Notes: generated by a model from the sequence alone, not told the origin. DNA of 64,000 nt from Octopus sinensis (GCF_006345805.1 NC_043003.1:98456001-98520000), one strand, 5' to 3'. Shown: positions 24,561 to 37,495, counted from the stretch's first letter. Numbers and translations are program-made.

Positions 24561-24836
24561 AGGCTTTTCTTTCCACGGGTAAACCTCACCTGTCCTCCTC
24601 TTTAAACTTTATATTGACATTTCTGTGATAACGATCCCTATTGATCGATTTTTTATTTTTTATTTCATCCCCCCTCTTTTTTTTTGCTTTCCTCTTTCTT
24701 TCCTTCGAAAACCAAACCACCTTTTTTTTTATCCCCAAAACGAAAAGCTCTACCTTGTAATTTGTCCCGTCTGTGTGCAGCCCTGTGTGGCTAATAAAGA
24801 AACATATCTATCTGTCTATCTATCTATCTATCTATT
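24561..24836 (+). mobile_element. 3' end of the same (TATC)n-tailed retroelement
   Basis: AGGCTTTTC.TTCCACGGGTAAACCTCACCTGTCCTC... to the AATAAAGAAA tail. Confidence 0.75.
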
Positions 24837-25555
24837 TTCTCTCTCTTTCTCTCTCTCTCTCTCTTTTTCTCTATCTATTTTCCGGCTCTTCTCCGTTCTC
24901 TAGAAAAAGAGAGAGACTACAAAGATAGGGTGTTGGATGAATGGGTAGATGTAGCGTAAACCTACCCACGTCTCTCTCCTCTTCTCTCGCTTTTTCTGTG
25001 TATGAATCTGTGCATGTGTGTGTATGTGTTCGTGCGTGCGTGCGTGTATGTGCCTGTATGTATATATGCACATTAAGAAAGCAAATGATTTTTATTCCCG
25101 CTGTGAAAAGATGTGTTTAAAGCACACAATATTCTCTATACAACCACTGAAAGGCATCACTCTAAATAGTTTCACCATTTTTTATCGCTGGATTAGTCTC
25201 TTTCCACACGTCGCAGAGAATAGTAGCTTATAGCTATATAGCAGCTTATAGCTTATAGCTATACATAAGCTCGGATAGAATTAAATGGGCTGCTATATTT
25301 TCGTAACAACCCAAGCACTGGCAAAGTTATTTCATTCATTAAGATAAGCATTAGGGGTTAAGATAAAGGGACATGTAACATAAACTTACTATCCTTAAAT
25401 CCTTAAAAATGTTTTAGCCCAAATGCCGCGGCCATGCTGGGGCACCACCGCTGATAGTTAATTTTATGCAAATATTTTAAATCCCACTGTGAAAATTAAT
25501 CTACTCTTGAAAGTGTATGAAAATAAGAGCGTGGTATTTAGTAATATCATTAACA

Positions 25556-25895
25556 TCACCTTGGGCAAGTGTCTTCTACTATAGCCTCAGGCCGACCAAA
25601 GACCTGTGGGTGGATTTGGTAGACGGAAACTGAAAGAAGCTCGTCGTATATCTGTATATATATTTGTATGTGAGTGTATATGTTTGTATGTCTGTGTTTG
25701 TTCCCCGCCAACATCGTTTGACAACCGATGCTGGTGTGTTTACGTCCCCGTAACTTAGCGGTTCGGCTAAAGAGACCGATAGAATAAGTACTAGGCTTAC
25801 AAAGAATAAGTCCTGGGGTCGATTTACTCGACTAAAAGCGGTGCTCCAGCATGGCCACAGTCAAATGACTGAAACAATTAAAAGAGTAAAAGAAT
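25556..25895 (+). mobile_element. SINE family B (CORE-like), 5'-truncated
   Basis: Starts at CACCTTGGGCAAGTGTCTTC and ends in an AAAAGAGTAAAAGA tail. Confidence 0.9.
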
Positions 25896-26399
25896 ACAAT
25901 AGAAAACGTTTAATATCTTAACGGACGCTAGTTGGTTAAATGGATTGCGACAACGTATTATTGTTTAATGATGTAACCGTTGACTGAAAATTAGACGCAT
26001 GAGTGCGTCAAACAGCGCACAAAATCAGGGCCTACATAATTGTAAACAAACACTACAGAAAATAAAAAAATAAAACTTTAGTTAACAAACAAACAAAAGA
26101 GGAAAACTCAACATATCATCTACTGAATTCACCATAAAAATAGATAATGGCGGAAGTGACACTAATACCACGTCACATTACTAAAATAAACATATAACAT
26201 CCATTAGTCACGTTTAAAATATCAAGTTATACTATACTCTGACTGGTGCATGAAATGAAAAGATGAAGACGCAAATTTAGGGGATAATTTCAATGCCTAA
26301 CATGTTAACTTTGCTTCTTGTAAAGAGACTGCGAGATATGACAACGTTTTCATCGAGAAGATGAAATTATGAAGGGGTAGAAATATTGAATTGAAATTT

Positions 26400-26760
26400 T
26401 GGCACAAGTTCAGTAGTTTAGGGGGAGTGGGTAAGTGCTCAACTGGTACTTATTTTATTGACGCCGAAAGGATGAAAAGCAATATCGACCTCGGTGGAAT
26501 TTGAATTCAGAACATAACGACAGGCGAAGTGCTGTTAAGTATTTTGCCCGACGTGCTAACGATTCTTATTTCTTTATTGCCCACAAGAGGCTAAACATAG
26601 GGGGGACAAACAAGGAAAGACAAAGGGATTAAGTCGATTACATCGACCCCAGTGCATAACCGGTACTTAATTTATCGACCCCGATAGGATGAAAGGCAAA
26701 GTCGACCTCGGCGGAATTTGAACCCAGAACGTAAAGACAGGCAAAATACTGCCAGCTCGC
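26400..26760 (-). mobile_element. Two tandem copies of SINE family A
   Basis: Two consecutive GAAAGGATGAAA...GTCGACCTCGG.GGAATTTGAA units. Confidence 0.85.
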
Positions 26761-26985
26761 TGACTTAAGCTGTAGAAATATTGATAAGGGTGTTCGGGAA
26801 CAGTAGCGATATTGCAACAAGATTCGAGGAATTCGTGCGAAATCTTTGCGGTCAAAACCTTAGTAAAATATTAACTAGGACAACACAGTTGTTCTCTTAA
26901 TAAAACATGTTTAATAGAAAAGCTGTGTGTAAGTGTGTGTGTGTGTGTGTGTGTTCTAGTATGTATGTGTATAAGTAAATGATTG

Positions 26986-27369
26986 TGGAGGCGCAATGGC
27001 CCAGTGGTTAGGGCAGCGGACTCGCGGTCGTAGGATCGCGGTTTCGATTCACAGACCGGGCGTTGTGAGTGTTTATTGAGCGAAAACACCTAAAGCTCCA
27101 CGAGGCTCCGGCAGGAGGTGGTGATCCCTACTGTACTCTTTCACCACAACTTTCTCTCACTCTTACTTCCTGTTTCTGTTGTACCTGTATTTCAAAGGGC
27201 CGGCCTTGTCACTCTCTGTGTCACGCTGAATATCCCCGAGAACTGCGTTAAGGGTACACGTGTCTGTGGAGTGCTCAGCCACTTACACGTTAATTTCACG
27301 AGCAGACTGTTCCGTTGATCGGATCAACCGGAACCCTCATCGTCGTAACCGACGGAGTGCTTCCATCCC
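26986..27369 (+). mobile_element. SINE family C, full length with 13-bp TSD
   Basis: tRNA-like head; direct repeat AAGTAAATGATTG at 26973-26985 and 27370-27382. Confidence 0.92.
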
Positions 27370-27498
27370 AAGTAAATGATTGAAAGGAGAGAGTGGAATC
27401 CACGCTCTAGAAGTGCTAGAGTAACTTCATTTGGTATGGGGCTCAGAGTAATTGTACCCTTGAATTATAAAGTTAAGGGCTCAGTGTTTACCTTAATC

Positions 27499-28227
27499 CA
27501 GTGTTTCCCAACCATTTTCTCTTTGCCTATGGAACCCTTTGATTCCTATTTTACTTGGGTGGACTCTCCTAGCTATTCAATGTTTAAAAAATTCTGTTAT
27601 ATTTTTATACTTACATATCATGAGGAATTGTAAACAAAAAAATGTTAATATATTTTGCGTATTTTAGAAATATACTCAACTAGCAGCATAGCCCGGCGTT
27701 GCCCGGCGTTGCCCGGCGTTGCCCGGCGTTGCCCGGCGTTGCCCGGCGTTGCCCGGGTATGTAAGAGCCCCTAGTAGGCAACGACTAATCCCAATCTAGT
27801 TCTTTTCCTCTAGGGAACGAAGGCGCATGTGTAGGTTGCAATGTCTTCTCTTCACTCGAATACTTCTATGTATACGATGTTCCTAGCTGTCTCCCGATTG
27901 CAAGTTGCGAAAACTACAACAGAAAATGTGTTGCATATAAAAAGCTTAGATTCTCGACCCCATGTCGAATTTATCGATTTTTTTCAGAACTGGGGGAACT
28001 TTTCAAAATTTTCGCTGCGTTAGTTTGGGCTATGTGTGTGTCAAGTTTCATCAGAATCGGTTGAAAGCCGTGGTCAGGGTGAGGGTACAACCTGACAGCC
28101 ACACAGACACACAGACAGACAAACTGGCGTTTATATATAGAGAGATTTATTGTATATATATTTTAGCAGCAAATTCTAATATGCCACCCCACCCAAGGGC
28201 CATACTGTCCTCGGTTGAGAACCACTG
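27499..28227. mobile_element. hAT/Charlie-like MITE hosting a nested Helitron
   Basis: TIRs CAGTGTTTCCCAACC and GGTTGAGAACCACTG; degenerate 8-bp flanks CCTTAATC/CGTTATGC. Confidence 0.65.
27680..28145 (-). mobile_element. Non-autonomous Helitron, family H4, with amplified 3' hairpin
   Basis: A|CTAG...(GCCCGGCGTT)x6 GCCCGGG at the left end; (CAGA)n...TATATATAGAGAGA|T at the right end. Confidence 0.8.
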
Positions 28228-28371
28228 CGTTATGCTAATGAATATATAGTCATACAACCTCTAAAATACCTGCATAATGAATTCATCCTTCTTTCTAAGA
28301 CTTTCCATCGAATACCAAATAAACTTTAGCTTATCGTATTCCGTAATTCGTCTTACACACACACACACACA

Positions 28372-28419
<48 letters not shown>

Positions 28420-28699
28420 GCGCACACACTCACACACACACACTTAAATATCAGCACCCAACGAAAGAAAGAAAAAACACAAACTAATTTCCGCCATCTA
28501 CTCATTACCGTTTTCTCTATCAACATTTTAGCGTATTATACATACATAATATATTTATCTGAGTTACGGGCGTTCGTCTGTGTATGTATATTATGTATGC
28601 ATATGTATATACTTATACACATGTATATCTACACGACTACATATATTGAATAATTTGCTTTGACGAAAATATACATGCTAGTAGATTTATGATATAATG

Positions 28700-28774
<75 letters not shown>

Positions 28775-28807
28775 CATCCATCCATCCATCCATCCATCCA
28801 TCCATCC

Positions 28808-28875
<68 letters not shown>

Positions 28876-28920
28876 CTATCTATCTATCTATCTCTCTCTC
28901 TCTATCTATCTATCTATCTT

Positions 28921-29017
<97 letters not shown>

Positions 29018-29023
29018 TTCTAT

Positions 29024-29095
<72 letters not shown>

Positions 29096-29115
29096 GTCTG
29101 TCTGTCTGTCTGTCT
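28700..29115. repeat. Compound (TATC)n/(TCCA)n/(TC)n/(TGTC)n microsatellite
   Basis: Seen directly. Confidence 0.95.
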
Positions 29116-29291
29116 ATTTATGTTTCCACATCTACGAGTTGTGTATCTTCCTGTGTTCTCTATATCTGACTGGTTGTTCTGTTCTGTAACTCATCTACAT
29201 GTCATAATTACATGAGTGCGTTTATAGATTGGCTGTTTCTTTCGCTATTGTGTACACTATGAACATCAGTATTAACAGAATATAATTACAT

Positions 29292-29347
<56 letters not shown>

Positions 29348-29529
29348 GTGTGTGTGTGTGGGGGGGGTGTATGTGTGTGTGTTTATATTCTGTTATTCAT
29401 CTCCAGTAAGTTATCCTATATCTTATACGAGGAGAGAAGCAAACGTATGCTACCTGATATCTTTATATAAAGATTAATCAGTGGAAGAGAAGTCAATACG
29501 CGGTGGAAGAGTACACAAGACACACACAT

Positions 29530-29583
<54 letters not shown>

Positions 29584-29700
29584 ATATATGCATATGTGTG
29601 TGTATAAGTATATGTATATATACATACATACATACATACATACATACATGCATACATACATACATACATACATGCATACATACATACATACATACATACG

Positions 29701-29760
<60 letters not shown>

Positions 29761-29908
29761 TACATGAACAATATTAAAAAGAGAAGACACTTCCGATGTG
29801 AAGAGTATAACGTATGTGTCTGCGCGCATGCGTATTAGTGCGTGTGTGTTCGTATGTATGCATGTGTATTTGTTTATATGTAAATATATATTACACACAC
29901 ACTCGCAC

Positions 29909-29945
<37 letters not shown>

Positions 29946-30177
29946 AAAGTAATTTCCTGGTTAGTCAACCGTTTCACTACAACTTCTGGTTTCACCAAAA
30001 TATGTCTCTTCGTATGGCTTTTCTTATTTCGATATCGCTCTATAAGAAAGAAATGGGGAAATATATTTTGGCGTGTGCTTGAATTATTGAGTATGTATTC
30101 CGATTGTGCGTTATGCGATTGTGGTTTTGTAGGTTTTTGAGTTCGTTGAAATGTTTTCAGTGTCTGTGACCATATAC

Positions 30178-30580
30178 TATTTACTCTCTTTTTTACTCTT
30201 TTACTTGTTTCAGTCATTTGACTGCGGCCATACTGGATGGAGCACGGCCTTTAATCGAGCAACTCTTTGTAAGCCCAGTACTTATTCTATCGGTCTCTTT
30301 TGCCGAACCGCTAAGTGACGGGGACATAAACACACCAGCATCGGTTGTCAAGCAATGGTAGGGGGAAAACACAGACACACAAACACACACGTGATCTCGT
30401 GTGTACCGTTGGCGATTTTTTTTCCTGTCTTCCTTTCTCGGGATCTTTCCTTCTATGTTTCCGACGAAGAGCTCCGAGGCTATAGTAGAAGACACTTGCC
30501 CAAGATGCCGCGCAGTGGGACTGAAACCGGAACCATGTGGTTGGTAAACAAGCTACTTACCACACAGCCACTCCTACGCC
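30178..30580 (-). mobile_element. SINE family B whose middle is replaced by an ~85-bp foreign fragment (30391-30476)
   Basis: SINE tail part at 30178-30390 and head part at 30474-30580; the usual GGCTTCTTTCAGTTTCC...CACAAGG segment is missing. Confidence 0.8.
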
Positions 30581-31710
30581 TAGCTACTTACCACATGTTT
30601 ACGTTCCTACTGAAAGATCATTCTCCGTTTATATGCATTGGTTGTGTGTTCGTTTCAACTGTTTGATGAGTGTCTGCATACATATGAGAATCAGCACATA
30701 AATTCGAACCATTATATAAGTGCAAGCGTTTATATCTGTGTGGTTGTGTGCGTTTCCCTCTGCCTGTTGACTTGTGTATATTTATGCATTTGTATGTCTT
30801 TGGGACTATGGGGTTGTAATTACTATGATTTTTGATTTTTCCAGTTTCAGCTAATGAGCTGTGGCCATGCTGGGGCACCGCCATTAATTAGGCATTTTTA
30901 AAAAATTGTTTTGTTTTGGGCAGGTTTTGAAAACAAAGTATTTACGAGGGAGGAAATATTTTTTGCTTATTGAATTAGTGTACGTACCTTCATTGATTTG
31001 GGAAATGTAAAAAGTTCTCTCTATAGTTCTCTACTATTGACTAGGCACGCGCTCTTATAGGGATTTCGCCATATATTTTTTTAAGAAGGTACGACCGCAT
31101 ATGAAAGTATGAAATATTAATTCTCTGTACTTATTCACTATTTGGGATTGATGTTTTAAGCCAAATGTGTTTCCGGGGAACAAAGATTGTACAATGCATT
31201 TGATTGAATATAAGTTGGTATTTTATCTGTCATCATTTAATGATATAAGTTATATTTATATATAAAAAGTCGCACGTGATGCAGTTTTATTCATAATTTT
31301 ATAAAAATTTTCTAAACGTGGAAATATATTGATAAAATCCGTTTAATTTTGCTCTCAGTCTTACCTAAATAACCAGTACCGTGTTCGGTAATACTAGATA
31401 TATGAATGTCGGTATGCATAACTGATTTTCTAATTAGTTTCTTTGGCGTTGCATACACTTTGAGACTTACTTTGTGGTTTAATAGTTGCATTTTTTTTTT
31501 TGGTTCCAAGAATTCATTAATTTTTTTAATTATTAATACATGTTATATTATATATTACAAGCTATGTTCATTACTATTGAGCTACTTATAGCAAGTAAGT
31601 TTAAATTTTGAGTTTTACATAATATTGAAAGGCTTTGAGTATAGGTGTACATAGATTTATGGAATCTGATATATCACGTGGTGATATTCTTTTATTTCCT
31701 TTTATTTCAG

Positions 31711-31796
31711 ATACACAATAATTACATCAATAATACTAAGACATCTGTGCATTGTTGGAAGTATTCGCGACTCCGCTGAGTGACACACCGTGAAAG
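31711..31796 (+). other. Candidate non-coding (UTR or lncRNA) exon
   Basis: Acceptor TTCTTTTATTTCCTTTTATTTCAG| and donor AAG|GTATTT; stops in all three frames. Confidence 0.4.
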
Positions 31797-31999
31797 GTAT
31801 TTGAGATTCATTTGCTCAAATCGGTTTGTAAATGTTTGCGAAGAAATGATGGGTGGATTGAATTATCTTCTATGGATAATATTGAATCTTTTGGTTTGAT
31901 GTAAGGTTGGAAACTTCCGTTGTTAGCTTCGAATATTACAGCTAAAACCACTATTCTGAAGTTTTACGGTAATGTTTAGATTTGGATTTTTAACATGGT

Positions 32000-32617
32000 G
32001 AAATGATCGTTTGGTTTCTGTGTCGTTTTTCAATACCTCTTCTGCTTTTAATTCCGTACATCATTTTACCTATGTACTTTATAATTTTTCCTTCTTACCA
32101 ATATTGATTTCCATTTTTATACGACCTCATGTACACCTTATCACCAATTTTGAGGAATTTTGGATTGTCTTTTCTGCTACTTTTTCTTTCCTCGCCAGAT
32201 AACAATTTATCAAAAACTGATTTCACCTTCCCCGTGAACATTAATTCTGCTGGTGAGCTTCTTGCTGGTGTATTGGGGTTCGGTGTCACCCTGTATACCC
32301 TTAGAAATTGCTGCAGAGCGGTTTCGTCTGTGGCTTCCTTGTTTGCTTTTCTCAAAACTCTTTTAAAAGTGTCCACAAAACGCTCTGCCTGTCCATTTGA
32401 TCTGGGATGGTAAGGCGCTATCGTTTTATGTTCTACTGTGAACATTTCGCAGAATTTTCTAATTCCACTGAATACAAATCGTGTTCCATGATCAGATACA
32501 ATCACATCAGGGATGCTAAATCTTACGAATACTTAGTGCAAAAAATGTATTACCATTTTGGAGGTTGATCTTTTGCACTTAACAATTTCCGTCTATTTTG
32601 TAAAACTGTCAACTACA

Positions 32618-32669
<52 letters not shown>

Positions 32670-32676
32670 ATACTAC

Positions 32677-32742
<66 letters not shown>

Positions 32743-32770
32743 ATACTACCTACTACTACTACTACTACTA

Positions 32771-32820
<50 letters not shown>

Positions 32821-33340
32821 AGTAGTAAGAACCAATTAACAGAACCGTAAACTCGATGTGTAGTCTTGTTCATACACTTTTTACTTTTGGCTAAGGCTCC
32901 CATTTTTGAGTTGGTAATTTCGCTGTCAGAGCACATCCTCTGCAGCCTTTAACTACGTTTTCAACTTCCTTGTCCATCTTCGGCCAATACATATAACTGC
33001 ACACAAGCGCTTTCATCCTTGTGATCCCCGGATGTCCAACATGGAATTCTTTAGCAACGGGCGATGGTCTGTTTGTAGTCAACACCGTCTTCCATGTATA
33101 AACCTGTGGAACTTTTTTATGCCAAATATAATCACCAATCCCGCTTTTTCAATTTGGCTATAAATTATTTCCTTGACGCGAGAGCTATGGCCTTTTGGCT
33201 GCCATCTGCGAGCACCCATCTGCATGTGCACGTCCAGTGCAGGTGATCTGGAACTAAATTCTGTTTTTAAATGTCTCGCTTCGAGAATTGCATTCGGTAC
33301 GATTTGTTTATTTTTTGTAGTTATGACTTTAAAAGTCCCT
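32000..33340 (-). mobile_element. Ty3/Gypsy pol remnant (integrase zinc-binding domain, catalytic core and C-terminus)
   Basis: H.GHPGITRMK...YWP.MD..VE..VK.C..C; VVVDSFTK; IVSDHG..F; APYHPRSNGQAERFVDTFK; SPAELM. Interrupted by stops and a (TAC)n expansion at 32612-32820. Confidence 0.92.
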
Positions 33341-33869
33341 CTTAGCGTGTGGCATTTATGTGTAATAATGCCCTCTATATAATATAAATAAATATTTTCA
33401 AGTGAAAAAATTTACAGATTTTTTCTCTTATGAGGTTTTTCACGCTAACTACCTGATAATTTCTTATTAAGATTTTATCCTATTTTAAAATTTGTTCCGA
33501 AAAAAAAATATATATATATACTATTTTTAATAGACACACAGTTAAGGTATCACATGCTTACTCTATAGAGCAACATATGTACCGCATTAATGATAGTAAA
33601 AGAAACAACAGTTCAATAACCCACGTACTGGATTTATAACTTATGACATGCAAACTACTTCCGGCTCGACAAATAGAAAAGGCAGCAAACATATGTATCA
33701 AAATACCAAGAAAAGAAATGTAAACCGCAATGAAAAAGGAGCGGATACGGTCACATCGTGAGTGTAGCAATAATAGCATTATAGCTAACACAGTAACAAC
33801 GTCGGAAAATGAAGTCAGAATTTCCACATAAACAACTAAATATAATAAATGCTAATTCAGAGGAAAATC

Positions 33870-34250
33870 AAGTTGCACATTGATGAACATTTGTATGAGT
33901 ACAATTCTTGTATATAAATGTACCGTACACACAAGGAGAAGACGTATGTTTACATTGGGGCAACGGCTGATTCATTCAAGAATCGTTATTGCATTAATGT
34001 CGCCAGCTTCGAGGAAATCAACATGAGACATTTAACATCTTCAGCCGATTTTGTGTGGCGACTTAAGGAAGATAAAAATTAGTATAGCATAACTTGGTTC
34101 ATAGTAAATTACGCAAAACCATATAATATCGTTTCCAGAATCGCTGCCTACTCTGTGGACCAATAGAAAGATCATTAATAGAATTTCTGAAAGATTCTCA
34201 AGATACTTACATGCACATAAATGCTCTTCCGCACAATGCTGCAGGGATGA
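33870..34250 (+). mobile_element. Penelope-like GIY-YIG endonuclease remnant
   Basis: SCTLMNICMSTILVYKCTV...TYVYIGATADSFKNRY...FVWRLKED...ITWFIV...PYN...CLLC, with frameshifts. Confidence 0.8.
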
Positions 34251-34659
34251 ATTAAAGTAACCATTAACCTGATAATTCACCTTAAGGTATAGAAGAATTA
34301 AATTCAATTCTAGCCTCCCCATTCTTATAGACACCAAGTAGCTACTTAATTCGATATACGAACGTATGTGCACTAAACCACAGATGTACATATGCTTGTA
34401 TCTTCGTGGATGTTTGTGTGAGCGAGTGTAAATCTGCCATACAACCTACGCGCGGGCGTTTATATATCCATATCCGTTCACGGTTATATTCAATACTTTT
34501 TCGCTGTATGTGTATTTGTTTCTTTTTTGCATCTGCTATTTTTTATTATTGATCTTCTATATAAATGAAGCTATATCCTTTAATTTGCTGCTTTATTTTA
34601 CACGAACCGAGAAGATACTTTGCGGAACAGTTATTAATTTAACGAGTAATAGCTAATTA

Positions 34660-34775
34660 CCATCCGAAGAGACACATCTACACCGATAGATGCTCCTAAG
34701 CCAGTTGTTAAGTAATTCACCCGTGAGAGATCGATGCTAGATGGGTCGAAACAATTGTAGCGATTAATAAAAATT
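34660..34775 (+). mobile_element. Penelope pseudo-LTR fragment with degenerate hammerhead motif(s)
   Basis: GATC...GGTC-GAAA-CAATTG-TA-GCGATT then AATAAA; same strand as, and downstream of, the GIY-YIG remnant. Confidence 0.6.
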
Positions 34776-34835
34776 CATGAATCTTCCATTTTCCGTCTCT
34801 CTTATTAACCAAATATGTATGTATATATGTGTATA

Positions 34836-34920
<85 letters not shown>

Positions 34921-34976
34921 ACTCAGCGGTGGTGCCTCAGCATGGCCGCGGCCTTCGGGCTAAAACATTTTAAAGG

Positions 34977-35016
<40 letters not shown>

Positions 35017-37460
35017 GTGTGCCTGTCTGTATCGAAATATATAAACGAATAAGAAAGCCGTTAAGCAAGCACTTTCAAAGGAAAACCCCCTAGTGTTGTA
35101 TTTCTTCTGCTTCTGTTGCACAAGCAGTCTTTTGTCAGATCAGACCTACCGTATGCTATGAGTGCAATGAAACAAATTATTGGTCCGTCGAAAAAATGTC
35201 CAAGTGTAATTTTTAATGAAAATGTGATGATATGAAATTGAAAAAGAAAAAACAAACAAAAGGATTAAAACAAAGAAAGGAAAGAAAAGAACAAATAACG
35301 AACAGCAAAAGAAGTTATAAAAGTAAATAGTTTCACGAAATCACTAGAACAGCAAAAGAAAATGGTGGATTAGCGCAAACACAATTGTTAAAAGACTAAA
35401 CTAACAGCCATGTTATAAATATAATGCAAGAAAGAAACGAAAAATACGAAAGAAATTTAAAAAGAAAATAACTAATGCGTTTGATGTTATTCTGAATTTA
35501 GCGAACTAGACGGTGGTAAAGAGCGAAGGCCGATCTGTGTTGTTATACGTATTTATAGAATTTAATTTAAATAAATATATAAAGAAAGACGAAGCGAAAA
35601 CTTGACTTGTACTAAACATTAATTAGTTTGTGTCTACAGATTTTCACTAACTGCTATTAACATTCTTTGTCTTTAAAAACCACGCATTTATTTTTGGCGT
35701 AGTTTATTTCTTATCTCCTTTCTCCATAGCCTTACCCTCTTTACACTAGTTCTCTCTCCCACATTCTCCTCTTTCACTCTCTCTCTCTAAATGTATGCAC
35801 ATATGTCGGTGTATGTGTTTGTGTGTGCATATATATATATTTATATATATGTATATATGTATATATATCTATGTATGCTATGTGAAGGAGAAAGTGTGTA
35901 AAATTCAGGCGATTATCTCCGTCAGCAATCGTGCGAAATTGTATGGAAGGAAAAATGATCCAGGAAGACAAGCTATTCCGCACAAATACAATTGGGATCC
36001 ATTTAATATCGCATGAAATTACACAATCTTTGTTTACATTGATTTCAGCTTCTTAAATGATTTATTTGATCCATCTATTGTTGAAACGATCGTAACCAAA
36101 GAATGTATACGATACTAATATATTCGAAGCGACAAATTTCATTTAACTTCGTGGTTGGTTCTCAGTACACTCCATTTGTAGGGCCCAACGAGATAAAGTA
36201 TTTGAAGAATGCAACGGTATATCCACACTGTATTATTTAAGGAGAGGGCAAGTGTTTTCCTGTAACATTTGTAAGACAGAGTGCCAGATACATATATCAT
36301 TTGGTAATAATCAACCGTGTGGTTTTTCCAGAACCTAAAATATTTGAGATATTTGAGGAAACGAAATGACAGTGAAAGGCTGGTTAGTTTTGACATTCAA
36401 TTATTCTCCACAGGTGAGGTTTATCATCGCAGGGTGTGATGTAGATTTCTTCAACTGGTTTGTTCTTTAATCACAATATTCACTGGGTTACTATGATCTA
36501 GTCTCTTAATTATGCATACACGCTCGCACACGCGCACACACATACATATAAACAGACACACAAATACGCTTACATGTTTACTCATGTCGCATACACAAAT
36601 CCAAACATGCCTTTAGTCATGTTTTTCCTCATACATATAGAAATATATGGACAAATAATTATGTACGCACGCGCTCACATATATACATATACATACATAC
36701 ATACTTAATACACACACACACACACACACATATATGTATTATGTATGTATGTATGTATGTATGTATGTATGTATGTTTGTATGCACGTATATATGTTTGT
36801 ATGAATATATTTGTGTATTTCTGAGAGTACTGTATATGTAGGTTCGTATGTAAACACTTGTTCACAGACGTGAAGACGGCTGTCCAAACATTTTGTTATC
36901 AAACAACACCTGTTGCTAAGACAACAGACATCTGTCTATGAACATTCCTACAGATGTATGTGCGTGTGTACTTGCATCTCCGCGTGTATATATGCATGAC
37001 CGTATGTATGTGTAAAAGTTAAATATTATCTCTTTCTCTCTCTATTTATCTCAATCTCTATCGCATTATGTATGTATGTATGTATGTATGTATGTATGTA
37101 TGTATGTATGTATGTATGTATGTATGTATGAATGTATGTATGTATGTATGTATGTGTGTGTATGTATGTGTGTATGTATGCATGCATGCATATACGTATG
37201 TATGTATGTATGCATGCATGTATGTATGTTTACATATATATATGTATGTATCTATCTATATATATATAAATGTATATATATGTATATATGTATGTATGCA
37301 TGTATGTATGTTTACATATATATATGTATGTATCTATCTATATATATATACATGAATGTATATATATATATATATGCATATATATATATATATATATACA
37401 TATATATACACACATATATATGTATGTATATATGTATGTATATATGTATGTATATTTATG

Positions 37461-37495
<35 letters not shown>

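Noticed and set aside
27691-27757. Short direct-repeat arrays as CRISPR
   Set aside because: There are no spacers, the context is eukaryotic, and the array is explained by the Helitron hairpin.
33558-33827. Minus-strand ORF with a GPCR-like LLLSLMRYICC segment
   Set aside because: No other GPCR motifs or splice support; it abuts a plus-strand Penelope remnant, and antisense frames of A-rich DNA are hydrophobic by default.
34211-34238. 28-nt minus-strand microexon-like CAG...GTAAGT pair
   Set aside because: It lies inside the GIY-YIG remnant and is not a multiple of 3, so it is likely chance.
36139-36400. Possible third Penelope GIY-YIG remnant on the minus strand (TCPLL, WIYRCI)
   Set aside because: Too degenerate to distinguish from chance by eye.
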